Assembly: GCA_964428885.1 (NCBI GenBank)
Contig: CAYRZP010000001.1
Span: 1 to 48,803 of the forward strand
Direction of reading: 5' to 3'
Origin: an uncultured Lentisphaeraceae bacterium
GTDB lineage: Bacteria > Verrucomicrobiota > Kiritimatiellia > RFP12 > UBA1067
DNA: 48,803 nt
The position numbers were made by a program, and so were the translations under genes. Positions within the stretch are counted from its first letter, which is position 1; each line of letters begins with the position of its first letter. Shown here piece by piece: positions 7,655 through 18,289 of the stretch. The notes under the pieces were generated by a model. It worked only from the letters and a program-made list of their open reading frames with translations, was not told the origin of the DNA and ran no database searches.

Positions 7655-10600
7655 GTCTCTCCCCCGATCTTTTTCCAGACCCGCAACAGTTCCGAAACGC
7701 CCCAGGCCTGCGCCACGCAGCCGCGCGCGGCGTGCGGCGCGGCGCCATCGCAGATTTCCGGCATGTGTCCCAGGCACCCGCTGTTGAGAAGGTCCACGGA
7801 GGTCGCCAGCAGCGAGAGGGCGGCCGCGCGCGAGGCCTTGTCGCCGTAAACCTCGTGCAACGCCTCGGCGTACAGCGGGAACTGCCAGGTCCAGGCCGTG
7901 CCGTTGTGGTAGGCCGGCTTGCGGCGGGTGTCCTCGTCGCCCAGATACTGCCCGTGGTAAGGCCGGTGCGGATCGTTAAGCGAAACGCCGTCGCGCGCGA
8001 CCGGCATGGCGGTTCTGACCGGCAGGTCGGCCAGGCTGCGAATCGCGCCGGGGGTCAGCAGCCGCTCGCAGGCCCGCACCGCCGCCGTCCGCAGGGAACG
8101 CTTCATCGGCACGCCTAGCGTGACCGCCAGCAGTTGGTTGGGACGCAGCGCGTCTTCCTGCACGGCCAGCGCGGCCGGAACGCCGGGCGCGGCGCGCAGG
8201 CAGTCGGCCAGCCAGCCTTCGGGCAGCGCGAAAAGCCTGGCGAGCGAAAAAGCGGCGCACTCGGCCAAAGCCTCCCAGGCCGCGTCGATCTTGCGCGCGG
8301 TCAACTGCAGGGCCGCGATCCACAAGGCCTGTATCTCCACCGGATATCCCTCGCGCGGCGTGGCGGCCGGATAGTTCGTGTCCATCCAAGTGAAGTGCGC
8401 GGGGCTGAAGATCAGACCGCTCTTCGGATCCATCCGGATGCCATTCGGCGTGCCGTCGCGGTAATGCGTCAGGATCGAGACCATGACCTCGCGCAGGCTG
8501 CGCTGCCCGCAGCGGGCGTTCAGCACGAGGCGGTCGCCGGTCTTCGCCATCAGGTCGCCAGCCGCCACGCAGAACCAGAGCGGCGCGTCCGAGGTGTCGC
8601 GGTTGCCGACCGTGTTGCCGTGGATGATGTTCGGCAGTGTGCCGCGCTCCTCGAAGCGCCCGAACTCTTGGAGGATGGAGAGCGCCTCGCCGTGGCGGCC
8701 GTCGGCGATCATGCCGCGCAAGGCGATCAGGGTGTCGCGGCCCCAGTCGAGGAACCAGGGGTAGCCCGCGATGACGGTGTGCAGGCTGTCGCGCCGGACC
8801 ACGAAAAGCGAGAGCGCCTCCGAGAGAATTTCAGGCACCGGGCGCGGCGAGCCGTTCGAGTGGTTGCGCCTGGAAGCGGCTTTCGCGTCGGCGGCAGGCG
8901 TCCAGGAGTCATGCCGCCCGGCCGTGACAGTGGCCTGGCCGCCGCTTTCCAGCGGCAGGCTGAACCAGCCGGGGCTGAAAAGGTCGCCGTGGGGGTCCAG
9001 TCCGCGCTCGCGTTCTTCGGCGTGCTCGATCATGTAGAGCCACTCGGGGTCGTGGTGGAAATCTCCGCTGTCGGTCTCGATGCTGGCGGTCTCGCCGGGC
9101 TGCGGAGTGAAGGAGAAACCGGCCGCGCGCGCCTTGACGGCAGCCGGCCACTCCCGCTCGGGACCGGTGAAGGCTTTGGTCTTGTGATGAAAACTGCGCC
9201 ACTCGATGTCCGGCCGCAGAATCACCGTGACCTCGTCGTGCGGGTCGAGGCCGCCTTTGCGGTTGTGGCGGCAGACGGTCAGGCGGGCGCGGTTGATCCC
9301 TGCCGCGAGTTCCAGCCTGAAGGTCAGGTGGACCCACCGGCCCATGCCGCAAGGCACGTCGAAGCTCCACTGCGCGTCACGTCCTGCCGGGTCGGCGGCA
9401 AAGGCGGTCATGCAGGCCTTGCCGATCTCCTGCGAGTAGCCGCGGTAGCGCAGCCAGGCGCGGCAGCGCGTCCAGAAGACGGTCTTGTCCACGGGCACGG
9501 CCGGGTCGGTGTTCACCGCCAGCAGGCAGTCGTACTGGCTGGCGATCTCGCCCCAGGCCGCGCGGGCGTGGCACATCGCGCCCGCGCCGTTCGACAGCAC
9601 CGCGCGCAGGGTCGCGTCTTCACGGACACGGACGCCGCTGACGCAGGCGGCGACGCGCGCTGCGCTGGCCGGCGGCGGGACCAGCACCGTCGAGATGTCG
9701 CGACGGATGCCTTGTGGCGTGTAGACGACTGTGGCAAGCTCGCGCTCTTCATTGCGCAAACCGCCGAGCGCCGCGTCGTAAGGCTCGACGGTCAGGAAGA
9801 GGCCCCACTGCCCGTCGTCCAGCCGCACGGCCTCGGCGCTGTCGCGGGTGAGTCCGCCGGACTTTAGGGCGGCCGTGAAAGGGTGCGCCGCGCGCGCCAG
9901 CAGCACGTGGCCTTCGGGCACCGCCACCAGCCGGCGCGTGTCTTCCGGCCAGCGCCATTGCGCGCAGGCGGGCAGGCCGTCTTTGTCACCGGCGCAGAAA
10001 GCCGTCGGGTCGCGCGTCATCGCGGCGCCCAGAACGTAGGGATTGTCCGTCAACAAAAAACGATTGGCTTTTGTGCCCACCGCGAGGGCCTGCCGCACGC
10101 GCAAGGCCATCAGGTCACGCCGCCGCAGCGCCAGCGCCTCAGGCTCTTGCGCCGCGCCCTCCAGCAGCGTCTGCACGAGCTTTAAGTCGTCGCGCGATGT
10201 CGTCAGGCAGCAGACGCGGCCGGGGCTCAGGTTGAACGCGCCGTCAACTCTGCCGAGGGTTTCGCCGGTCAACAGGTCCCATGCTTCCGCCGCGCCGAAA
10301 CGCCGCGTGTCCCAGCGCGCGGCGTGGCCGCGCGCGCAGTCCAGATTCACCAACACCAGCAGGTCGCGGCCTTGCGGCGCCGCGCGCAGGACCGCCAGAG
10401 CCGGTCCGGCGTCCTGCTGGATCATGCTCAGGCGTGTGCCGGGGCCGAAGGCGGGGTGGGCGCCCAGCAGGGTGTTGAGCCGCGCGATCTCGGCGATCTG
10501 GTTCGGCACCGCGTCCCAGTTCAGGGTCGCGGCGTTGTGGACGTCGACCTTCTCTTTGGCGAACCACTCCACGCCGTTGGTGATGCCGAAAGCGCCCTGG

Positions 10601-11907
10601 TGCGAGAGCAAGGCGGATAGCGCCACCCGCATGCGGGCATAGGTCTCGCCGCGCGCGGCCAGACGGTTGTTGTCGTGCGTCTCGGCGAAATGGATCAGCG
10701 GGCCGCAGCGCTCGGACAGCGCGATGGCTTGCGGCAGGTACGCATCGAAGGCGCCGCGGTCTTCGGTCTGGAACAGCTCGGAATAGGCCCAGTCCAGATT
10801 GGCGTCGGACAGCAGCCGCGCGGTCACCTCCACTTTGCCGCCGAGGCCTTCCAGCAGGAAGACCGTGTCCGGGTGTTCCTCGCGCACGCGCGACACGATA
10901 TAGTTCCAGGTGTCTTCGGGGATCATGTAGCCGGCGTCGCAGCGGAACCCGTCCGCGCCCTGGCGGCACCAGAACAGGAAGACCTCGGCCATGTAGGCGC
11001 GCAGGCGCGGGTCGCGGTAGTCTAGCTCCACCAGGTCGGCCCATGTCACGCCCCAGGCGCCGGGCGAGACGAACTCGCCGTCGGGCTTGCGGCGGTACCA
11101 CTCGGGATGGTGCGTCTGCAGGGTGGCGGCCCAGCCGGTATGGTTGGCGGGCATGTCCATGAAAAGCATGCCGGAGCGGCTGTGGACCGCGTCGGCCAGC
11201 TCGCGGAACTGGTCGAGCGGCGTGGCGCGCTTGTCGAATTCGGCGAGGGCGGGGTCCACGGAGAGGAAATCCAGCGCGGCAAAAGCCGAGCCGAAGCGCC
11301 CCATGCGCGCGAAGGCGGTCGGCACGGGGTGCACCGGCAAGAGCTGCACGATCCGGAAGCGCATGCGGCCCATGATCGTGTCGAGCTGGCGCGCCAGGCC
11401 GCGGAAGGTTCCGGAAGGCGGTATGACGGCATAGCCGAGTTTGTCGAGGGCCTGTTCGAGGCGGGCGGTTTCCGCCGTGTGCGGGTTATGGCGCAAGGCG
11501 GGTCCGAACTGGCGCGTGAAAGCGGTGTAGACCGTGTTGGCGCAGGCGGTGCGGGCGGGCGCCACCTTGATCCGCACGTTGTCGCCGGCCGGCCATTCGG
11601 GCACATGCGAACCGCGCGCGAAGAAACAGGCCTTGCCGGCGAAGACGCCGGTCTGGGTCAGCGGTATGCGCGCCGTGAAATGCCCGGGCGCGGTCTCGCG
11701 CAGCGGCAGGTCGTGCCAGTCGCGCGCCAGGACCGGCTCGCCGGACTCGGTGCAGGCGATGATCTCACGCCGCCGCACCGGCGCCAGTCCGAGGTTGGTG
11801 CGGAAAACGGCGCGGCCCGGGCGCGGGCGGTCGAGCCGGAGCCCGACCTCCAGCACGTCGCCCGCCCATTTGAGGAGGAAGCTGCCTGGATCTGGAAAAT
11901 GTCGCAT
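7651..11907 (-). CDS. Giant GH13 alpha-amylase-family (GlgE-like) + amylo-alpha-1,6-glucosidase (GDE_C) fusion, glycogen-debranching-like
   Basis: 1418 aa. The GH13 part has [34 protein letters not shown] and FAETHDNNR. The C-terminal part has [39 protein letters not shown] and [10 protein letters not shown], typical of the (alpha/alpha)6 amylo-1,6-glucosidase domain. Confidence 0.85.
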   Translation of the reverse strand: MRHFPDPGSFLLKWAGDVLEVGLRLDRPRPGRAVFRTNLGLAPVRRREIIACTESGEPVLARDWHDLPLRETAPGHFTARIPLTQTGVFAGKACFFARGSHVPEWPAGDNVRIKVAPARTACANTVYTAFTRQFGPALRHNPHTAETARLEQALDKLGYAVIPPSGTFRGLARQLDTIMGRMRFRIVQLLPVHPVPTAFARMGRFGSAFAALDFLSVDPALAEFDKRATPLDQFRELADAVHSRSGMLFMDMPANHTGWAATLQTHHPEWYRRKPDGEFVSPGAWGVTWADLVELDYRDPRLRAYMAEVFLFWCRQGADGFRCDAGYMIPEDTWNYIVSRVREEHPDTVFLLEGLGGKVEVTARLLSDANLDWAYSELFQTEDRGAFDAYLPQAIALSERCGPLIHFAETHDNNRLAARGETYARMRVALSALLSHQGAFGITNGVEWFAKEKVDVHNAATLNWDAVPNQIAEIARLNTLLGAHPAFGPGTRLSMIQQDAGPALAVLRAAPQGRDLLVLVNLDCARGHAARWDTRRFGAAEAWDLLTGETLGRVDGAFNLSPGRVCCLTTSRDDLKLVQTLLEGAAQEPEALALRRRDLMALRVRQALAVGTKANRFLLTDNPYVLGAAMTRDPTAFCAGDKDGLPACAQWRWPEDTRRLVAVPEGHVLLARAAHPFTAALKSGGLTRDSAEAVRLDDGQWGLFLTVEPYDAALGGLRNEERELATVVYTPQGIRRDISTVLVPPPASAARVAACVSGVRVREDATLRAVLSNGAGAMCHARAAWGEIASQYDCLLAVNTDPAVPVDKTVFWTRCRAWLRYRGYSQEIGKACMTAFAADPAGRDAQWSFDVPCGMGRWVHLTFRLELAAGINRARLTVCRHNRKGGLDPHDEVTVILRPDIEWRSFHHKTKAFTGPEREWPAAVKARAAGFSFTPQPGETASIETDSGDFHHDPEWLYMIEHAEERERGLDPHGDLFSPGWFSLPLESGGQATVTAGRHDSWTPAADAKAASRRNHSNGSPRPVPEILSEALSLFVVRRDSLHTVIAGYPWFLDWGRDTLIALRGMIADGRHGEALSILQEFGRFEERGTLPNIIHGNTVGNRDTSDAPLWFCVAAGDLMAKTGDRLVLNARCGQRSLREVMVSILTHYRDGTPNGIRMDPKSGLIFSPAHFTWMDTNYPAATPREGYPVEIQALWIAALQLTARKIDAAWEALAECAAFSLARLFALPEGWLADCLRAAPGVPAALAVQEDALRPNQLLAVTLGVPMKRSLRTAAVRACERLLTPGAIRSLADLPVRTAMPVARDGVSLNDPHRPYHGQYLGDEDTRRKPAYHNGTAWTWQFPLYAEALHEVYGDKASRAAALSLLATSVDLLNSGCLGHMPEICDGAAPHAARGCVAQAWGVSELLRVWKKIGGET

Positions 11908-11998
11908 GACCGGGGAGAGTGTAACCGATTTGGCCGACGCTTGCCAATGCGCGGCCGCGATTTGTTTCAGGCACCCTTTTTGTCCGGCCCTTCGCGGG

Positions 11999-12835
11999 TC
12001 AGCGCTGGTATTCGCGGGGGTCGGTCGGCGTGATGTTGAAATCCGGCCGCCAGTTAGGCGAGGCGCTGTAGAAGCGCGTGGCGGTGTTGAAGACCAGGTC
12101 GGCGATCACGGCGTCGCTGTGGCCGTCGCCGCGCATGAACTCCACCACCTTGATCAGGGAGAGCGGGTCGGAGACGCCCCAGTCGGCGGAGCCGTTGACG
12201 ATCACGCGCTCGTGGCCGTACTGCCTGACCATGGCCGATACCCGCTGCGGGGAGAGTTTGGAGTAGGGGTAGACGGTCATGCCGGCGTAGCAGCCAGAGT
12301 CCAGCGTGTGTTTGATCGTCTCCTCGGTGTTGTGGTCGACGTCGATGCGTTCGACGGCGAGGCCCTCGGCCTTGATGATCTCCAGGATGCGCAGGGTGCC
12401 GCGCAGCTTGTCCGTGTGCGGCGTGTGGAGGATCACCGGCATCTTGCGCTCCTCGGCCATGCGCAGTTGGCGGATCATGGCGTGTTCCTCGTTGGGCGTG
12501 TTGAGGTTCAGCCCGATCTCGCCCATGGCCACGCAGCGCGGGTGGGTGATGTAGGGTTCGAGCCCGTCGATAACCTCGTCGGCCAGAGCGCGGTCGTCCG
12601 CCTCCTTTGGGTTCATGGCGATGGCGCAGTAGTGGTCGATGCCGAAGCGTGCGGCACGGACGGTCTCGAATTCGAGGATCAGGCGGAAGTAATCGAAGAA
12701 CGATCCGGCGTGGCGGCGGTTGGCTCCCAGCCAGAACGAGGGTTCGACGCAGGCGCGGATGCCGGCCCGGTGCATGGCTTGGTACTCGTCGGTGGTGCGC
12801 GAGAGCATGTGGATGTGCGGCTCTATGATGGTCAT
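11999..12835 (-). CDS. TatD-related metal-dependent hydrolase
   Basis: 278 aa. Starts MTIIEPHIHM (HxH metal motif). Has internal GEIGLN and PVILHTPH, an amidohydrolase/TatD-like pattern. Confidence 0.7.
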   Translation of the reverse strand: MTIIEPHIHMLSRTTDEYQAMHRAGIRACVEPSFWLGANRRHAGSFFDYFRLILEFETVRAARFGIDHYCAIAMNPKEADDRALADEVIDGLEPYITHPRCVAMGEIGLNLNTPNEEHAMIRQLRMAEERKMPVILHTPHTDKLRGTLRILEIIKAEGLAVERIDVDHNTEETIKHTLDSGCYAGMTVYPYSKLSPQRVSAMVRQYGHERVIVNGSADWGVSDPLSLIKVVEFMRGDGHSDAVIADLVFNTATRFYSASPNWRPDFNITPTDPREYQR

Positions 12836-12960
12836 GGTCTGGTGTTCCTGAAAGGTCTGTGCGTAAACAAACGAAAGGATAGTGCTTATGCGCCGGTTTG
12901 CACAACCATTAATATCGCCCGCGCTTGTTTGCCGGCGGGTTAATCGGTATCATATGCGCG

Positions 12961-14448
12961 ATGAGATCTCAAACTCCGCAGAAATCAAGGGTGGTGGTAA
13001 TCGTCGGACGCCCTAACGTGGGCAAATCGGCGGTCTTCAACCGCATCGCCGGCAGGCGCATCGCGATCGTGCATGACCAGCAGGGCGTCACGCGCGACCG
13101 GCTCATGCGCGAGGTGGTCTGGGACGACCAGCGCTTCACCCTGATCGACACGGGCGGCATGATGACCCGCCTCGGCGAGACCGCGAGGGACGAGCTGGTG
13201 GCGGGCGTGCAGTCGCAGGTGGAGAACGCGGTCTCCGAGGCTGCCGCGGCCATCCTGGTGGTGGACGTGCAGCAGGGCCTGCATCCGCTGGACGCAGAGG
13301 TGGCCGACATGTTGCGCAAGGCCGGGGTGCCGTGCGTGGTGGCCGTCAACAAATGCGACCTGCCCCGGCACGAGGAGGGCGTACACGATTTCGCGGCCCT
13401 TGGCTTCGAGTGCTTTCCCGTCGCCGCGCAGCACAACCGCGGCATGGGCGATCTCATGGACGCCGTGCTGCCGCTTCTGCCGGCGGCGGCCGACGAGACC
13501 GCCGCCAACCCCTTGCGCGTGGCGGTGGTCGGGCGCCCCAACGCCGGCAAGTCCTCATACATCAACCGCCTGCTGCGCGCCGACCGCGTGATCGTCTCCG
13601 AGGTCGCCGGAACCACGCGCGACTCGATCGACATCCCGTTCACCATCGGCAAGGGCGACCAGGCGCGGCACTACACGCTGATCGACACGGCCGGGATGCG
13701 GCACAAGCACAGGATCGACAACTCGGTGGAGCGCTTCAGCCTTTTCCGCGCCGAGCAGAGCGTCAAAGACGCTGACGTGGTGGTGCTGATACTCGATCCC
13801 GACCTCGGTCCCACCGTCCAGGACAAGCACATCGCCGCGCTGATCCAGAAAGAGAAAAAAGGCTGCGTGATCCTGATGAACAAATGGGACCTGGCCATGG
13901 AGAAGGGCATGACCCAGACCCAGACCGAGCCGGTGCTGCGGCAGATCATGCCCTTCATGAAGCACTGCCCGATCGTCTTCATCTCCGCCAAGACCGGTCT
14001 GAACGTGCGCAAGAGCATCGACGTCATAGAGGCGGTGGCCGCGCAGACGCGGATGACGCTGCCCACCGGACTGCTGAACCGCACGCTGGTCGACGCCACC
14101 CGACGGGTGGTCGCGCCGGCCAAGACCGGCAAGCGCCTGCGCGTGTATTACGCGGTCCAGGTCGCCACCGCGCCGATCATTATCCGCATGTTTGTCAACG
14201 ACCCCAAGCTGGCGACCAGGCAGTACACCGAGTACATGATCCGCGCCCTGCGCGAGAAGTTCGGATTGGAAGGCGCGCCGGTCGAGATCTTCTACCGCGC
14301 GCGCAGCCGCCCGGAAGCTGGCGGGCACGGCCCTTCCGAAGAGCCGGAGGCGGCGGAAGAGGCGGAGGCCCGGCCCAAGACAAGTCCAAAGATCCTTCCG
14401 GACAAGAAACGGCGCAGCCGCCACGCCGGTGCGGGCAGGCGGCGCTGA
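12961..14448 (+). CDS. der: Ribosome-associated GTPase Der (EngA), two G domains
   Basis: G1 motifs GRPNVGKSAVFN and GRPNAGKSSYIN, DTGG/DTAGMR, NKCD/NKWD. The tail is basic. ATG at 12961 is preferred over the ORF-track start at 12925. Confidence 0.9.
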   Translation: MRSQTPQKSRVVVIVGRPNVGKSAVFNRIAGRRIAIVHDQQGVTRDRLMREVVWDDQRFTLIDTGGMMTRLGETARDELVAGVQSQVENAVSEAAAAILVVDVQQGLHPLDAEVADMLRKAGVPCVVAVNKCDLPRHEEGVHDFAALGFECFPVAAQHNRGMGDLMDAVLPLLPAAADETAANPLRVAVVGRPNAGKSSYINRLLRADRVIVSEVAGTTRDSIDIPFTIGKGDQARHYTLIDTAGMRHKHRIDNSVERFSLFRAEQSVKDADVVVLILDPDLGPTVQDKHIAALIQKEKKGCVILMNKWDLAMEKGMTQTQTEPVLRQIMPFMKHCPIVFISAKTGLNVRKSIDVIEAVAAQTRMTLPTGLLNRTLVDATRRVVAPAKTGKRLRVYYAVQVATAPIIIRMFVNDPKLATRQYTEYMIRALREKFGLEGAPVEIFYRARSRPEAGGHGPSEEPEAAEEAEARPKTSPKILPDKKRRSRHAGAGRRR

Positions 14449-14485
14449 CCGGCCGGAGACAGCTTGACCAACCGACAGATGTTGT

Positions 14486-15517
14486 ATGTCTGAGTTCAAC
14501 GACAAAGAAGCGGCGGCGCTGACCGCCCTGCAAAAAGGGATCCCGCTGGCAGAGCGTCCGTTCGCGCAGCTCGGGCGTGACATCGGTTTGGCCGAAGGCG
14601 AGGTCGTCGAAATCGCGCGGCGCGTGCTGGGCACCGGCCAGGCGCGGCGCTTCGGCGCGGTTTTCGACGCGCGCCGCCTGGGTTACCGCAGCGCCTTGTG
14701 CGCCATGGACGTGCCGCGCGCCCGGCTGGCTGAGATCGCGGCGCGCGTGGCCGCGGCCCGCGGCGTGACCCACGCTTACGAGCGCGGCTGGCCGGATGCG
14801 CTGCCGCGCGGCTTACCCGGGGGGCCGGGCGACAGGCGCTGGCCCAACCTCTGGTTCACCCTGGCCACACCCGCGGCCGGGTTCGCCGCGGAGGCCGAAC
14901 GGCTGCGCGCCGCCTGTCAGCCCTATGCCATCCACACCCTGCCCGCCCTGCGGCGTTTCAAGATTGACGTGGTCTTCGACCTGCGCACGCGCGACCGCGA
15001 CGAACGGGTCGAGACCGGCGGGAAGCCTGACCGTGACGCCCCGCCCGCGGCGTTGGACGCGCGGGACATCGCGGTCATCCGCCTGCTGGAGGGGCATGTG
15101 CCGCCGCAAGAGGACCTTTTCACGCCGGTGGCGGCAGAGGTCGGCATGGATACCGGAGCTTTGCTGGCGCGGCTCCGTGAATGGCAGGCCAATGGCGTAA
15201 TGCGCCGCTTCGCGCTGCTGCTGCGACACCGCGAGATGGGGTTCAGGGCCAACGGCATGTGCTGCTGGGACCTGCCCGACGGGGCGCTGGCCGAGGCCGG
15301 CCGGCGGCTGGCCGCCTGCCCGGATGTCACGCACTGCTATGAGCGCGCGCGTATGGACATTTTTCCTTTCAGGCTCTACGCCATGATCCACACGCCGGAA
15401 TGGGAGCGCACGCGCCAGCTCTTCGAACGCCTTTCGCAAACCATCGGCGCCCGGGACGGACAGGTGCTGCTCTCGCTGACCGAGTTTAAGAAAACCAGCA
15501 TGCAGTTTTTCTCATGA
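14486..15517 (+). CDS. Fused siroheme decarboxylase (AhbA/AhbB, NirD/L/G/H-like, Lrp/AsnC fold duplicated)
   Basis: 343 aa with two similar halves (..LQKGIPLAERPFAQLG..VTHAYERGW.. and ..LLEGHVPPQEDLFTPVA..VTHCYERA..). The pattern is typical of AhbAB/NirDL. Confidence 0.7.
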   Translation: MSEFNDKEAAALTALQKGIPLAERPFAQLGRDIGLAEGEVVEIARRVLGTGQARRFGAVFDARRLGYRSALCAMDVPRARLAEIAARVAAARGVTHAYERGWPDALPRGLPGGPGDRRWPNLWFTLATPAAGFAAEAERLRAACQPYAIHTLPALRRFKIDVVFDLRTRDRDERVETGGKPDRDAPPAALDARDIAVIRLLEGHVPPQEDLFTPVAAEVGMDTGALLARLREWQANGVMRRFALLLRHREMGFRANGMCCWDLPDGALAEAGRRLAACPDVTHCYERARMDIFPFRLYAMIHTPEWERTRQLFERLSQTIGARDGQVLLSLTEFKKTSMQFFS

Positions 15518-16668
15518 AAATCGTTTTTGACAAGAATATGCCTTATGCGGCCGAGGCTTTCGCCACGCTCGGCGACGCGCTGCCTAAGAACGGCCGCGAC
15601 ATCGCGCCGGCTGACGTGCGCGACGCCGAGTTGCTGTTCACGCGCTCTACCACAATGGTCAACGCGGCTCTGCTGGATGGCAGCGCCGTGCGTTTCTGCG
15701 GATCGGGCGTGATCGGCACGGACCACATCGACATTCCCTACCTGAACTCGCGCGGCATCGTCTGGTGCAACGCGCCGGGATGCAACGCCGAGAGCGTGGG
15801 GGATTACGTCACCGCGGCCCTGCTCTGGCTGGGCGGCAAACACGGTTTCCGGCTGGAGGGCAAGACCATCGGCGTGATCGGCGTGGGCAATGTCGGGCGA
15901 TGCGTCTGCCGCCGCGCCAAAGCCTTGGGCATGCGCGTGCTGGCCAACGACCCGCCGCGCCAGCGCGATCCAGCGGATGCTGAGGCGCAAGGCTTCGTGC
16001 CGCTGGAGCGGCTGCTGGCCGAGTCCGACATCGTGACATGCCATGTGCCGCTGACCAGGGAGGGGCCGGACGCCACCTGGCACCTGCTCGACGCGGCGCG
16101 CCTGGCCGCGCTGCGGCCCGGCGCGGTGGTGATCAACGCCGCGCGCGGTCCGGTTACGGACACCGCCGCCCTGCTGCGCGCGCTCGACAAGAATGTGAGG
16201 CACGTTGTGATCGATTGCTGGGAGGGTGAGCCCGGCTACCGGCCCGAACTGCTGCGCCGCGCGGAACTCGCCACGCCGCACATCGCCGGCCACTCGTATG
16301 AGGGTAAGGTCAACGGCACGGCCATGGTCTATCGCGGCGCCTGCGCGTTTCTGGGACGTACGCCGGATTTCCGCTTCGGGCTGCCGCCGTCGCCTTTGCC
16401 TGTCTGGCGGACCGACTGCGGCGGCAGGCATGACGAAGACGTCCTGCGAGAGCTGGTGCTGGCCGTGTATGACATCGAAGCCGACTCGCGACGTCTGAAA
16501 GAGTCATGCTGCGCTGACGCCGCCGCCCGCGCGGCGGCCTTTGAGGCGCAGCGCGTCAGATATCCCGTGCGCCGCGAATTCTCCGCCACCAGCGTGGCGG
16601 CCGCGAATGCGTCAGACAAACTGAGGGCCAAGATTCTGGGCTTGGGTTTCGGCAAAGGAAGTTTTTGA
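15514..16668 (+). CDS. pdxB: 4-phosphoerythronate dehydrogenase
   Basis: The N-terminus is colinear with E. coli PdxB (MKI..D.NMPYA...F..LG), followed by GTDHID, NAPGCNA, the Rossmann motif GVIGVGNVGR and HIAGHSYEGK. An ATGA overlap joins it to the upstream gene. Confidence 0.85.
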   Translation: MKIVFDKNMPYAAEAFATLGDALPKNGRDIAPADVRDAELLFTRSTTMVNAALLDGSAVRFCGSGVIGTDHIDIPYLNSRGIVWCNAPGCNAESVGDYVTAALLWLGGKHGFRLEGKTIGVIGVGNVGRCVCRRAKALGMRVLANDPPRQRDPADAEAQGFVPLERLLAESDIVTCHVPLTREGPDATWHLLDAARLAALRPGAVVINAARGPVTDTAALLRALDKNVRHVVIDCWEGEPGYRPELLRRAELATPHIAGHSYEGKVNGTAMVYRGACAFLGRTPDFRFGLPPSPLPVWRTDCGGRHDEDVLRELVLAVYDIEADSRRLKESCCADAAARAAAFEAQRVRYPVRREFSATSVAAANASDKLRAKILGLGFGKGSF

Positions 16669-16683
16669 GAGAAATTGAAAGTC

Positions 16684-17691
16684 ATGCAACCAAAGAAGAA
16701 TTCTTACACATTCGTTCTGGACAAGGAGCAGCAGGAGGCCCTGAAGCTGATGCTGAAGATGGGCAACTACCGTCCCAAGCAGGTGCCGCACACGGTCATC
16801 GCGGTCGAGGCTCAGGACTGCGTCGTGAACCTTTACAAGAGCGGCAAGTGCCTGGTGCAGGGCAAGGGCGCCGAGGATTTCGTGCTGTTTTTCCTGGAGC
16901 CGAACGTGCTGCAGGCCGCCACGGTCGGCTATGAGGAGATCCTCAATCCGGAGCTGGTCTCGCCGCACATGGGTATTGACGAGAGCGGCAAGGGCGACTT
17001 TTTCGGGCCGCTGGTGGCCAGCGCCGTGTATGTCGATCCTGACATCGCGCGCGCCATGCAGGAACTCGGGGTCAAAGACTGCAAGCAGCTCACGGACAAA
17101 GCCGTCTTTTTCATCGGGGCGAAAACGCGCCAGTTGCTGGGGCCCAAGCGCTTCGCGCTCGTGTCCATCGGGCCCGAGGCCTACAACCGGCTTTACGCCA
17201 AAATGCGCAACGTCAACACCATGCTCGCCTGGGCGCACGCGCGCTGCATCGAGAACCTGCTCGACACCGTGCCGGACTGTCCGCGCGCGGTGGCCGACCA
17301 GTTTGGCGCAAAGCAGGTGATCGAGCGCGCACTGATGAAGAAAGGGCGCAAGATCAAGCTCGAGCAGCGGCACAAGGCCGAATCGGACATCGCGGTGGCG
17401 GCGGCCTCGGTGCTGGCGCGCGAGGCTTTCCTGCGCGGGCTCGGTCGGTTGGGCGAGACCAACGGCATCCAGGCCCACAAAGGCGCGTCCGAGCAAGTCA
17501 AGGCCTCGGCCGTCGAGCTGGTCAAGAAAAGCGGCCCCGAGATCCTGCTCAAGACCGCCAAGTGCCACTTCAAGACCGCCGACCAGGTGCTCGCGGCCTG
17601 CGGCCATTCACGCGCCGAGCTCGGCCCCGAGGGACAGGCGGTCTCGCGCACCAAGGATTACGTCCCAGCGCGCGGCAGGACGAAAGCGTAG
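16684..17691 (+). CDS. rnhC: Ribonuclease HIII
   Basis: Has the N-terminal RNase HIII-specific domain (..VNLYKSGKCLVQGKG) and a catalytic core starting GIDESGKGDFFGPLV. The ORF-track start at 16675 is TTG; ATG at 16684 is preferred. Confidence 0.85.
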   Translation: MQPKKNSYTFVLDKEQQEALKLMLKMGNYRPKQVPHTVIAVEAQDCVVNLYKSGKCLVQGKGAEDFVLFFLEPNVLQAATVGYEEILNPELVSPHMGIDESGKGDFFGPLVASAVYVDPDIARAMQELGVKDCKQLTDKAVFFIGAKTRQLLGPKRFALVSIGPEAYNRLYAKMRNVNTMLAWAHARCIENLLDTVPDCPRAVADQFGAKQVIERALMKKGRKIKLEQRHKAESDIAVAAASVLAREAFLRGLGRLGETNGIQAHKGASEQVKASAVELVKKSGPEILLKTAKCHFKTADQVLAACGHSRAELGPEGQAVSRTKDYVPARGRTKA

Positions 17692-17735
17692 GCATAACTG
17701 GAACGCTCAACATTATTGAATCGCACCCTGGCCCT

Positions 17736-18134
17736 TCATGGCTCCCACTCGCGGATGCGGCGGATTTCCCAGCGGCCCGGCTGCCAGATTTTGCAGCGGC
17801 GTCCGTAGGCGTCCACACTCTCGACCCAGCAGCCCTCGATCCAAACCCGTTCCTCGCGCTCGACCCAGCGGCCGGCCGACACCACGACCGGCGCGCACAC
17901 AATCGGCGGAGCGAACATCGGCGGCGGCATGCGGCGCGGGGGGTGGAAACAGGGCGGCGGACGGTGACCGGCGCGGCAACGATCCCCGCCGTTCACGCCC
18001 AGCGAGAAAAAACTGCCGCCGGAATGCACGCCCACGCTGAAATTGACCCGGCCTGCCCAGAGGTCGCCCGCGGTCATGACTCCGGCCGAAGCCAATAAAA
18101 GTGCCGACAAAACCACATTTTTCCTGCTGTTCAT
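17736..18134 (-). CDS. Hypothetical small secreted protein, Pro/Arg/Trp-rich
   Basis: 132 aa with a signal peptide (MNSRKNVVLSALLLASAGVMTA). I recognise no family. Confidence 0.45.
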   Translation of the reverse strand: MNSRKNVVLSALLLASAGVMTAGDLWAGRVNFSVGVHSGGSFFSLGVNGGDRCRAGHRPPPCFHPPRRMPPPMFAPPIVCAPVVVSAGRWVEREERVWIEGCWVESVDAYGRRCKIWQPGRWEIRRIREWEP

Positions 18135-18289
18135 GTTTTCCGCCTTTCTGACGCTCGGGACAGCCCGCGCCGCCCTTAGCCGCGCCGTTTAAACTAACGT
18201 ATTAAACGGATGTTTAAAAAAAATATTGGCAGGGGGAAGACACTTATTGATTATTATGCCTCCCTGCGCGTGAACCCGCGCGCTTCAGG

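Noticed and set aside
8134-9867. 577-aa ORF on the + strand, plus several other 100-300-aa ORFs between 7732 and 12033
   Set aside because: They are antisense or out of frame relative to the 1418-aa GH13+GDE gene, which has clear motifs. Their composition is the R/A/G/P-rich type expected of high-GC artefacts.
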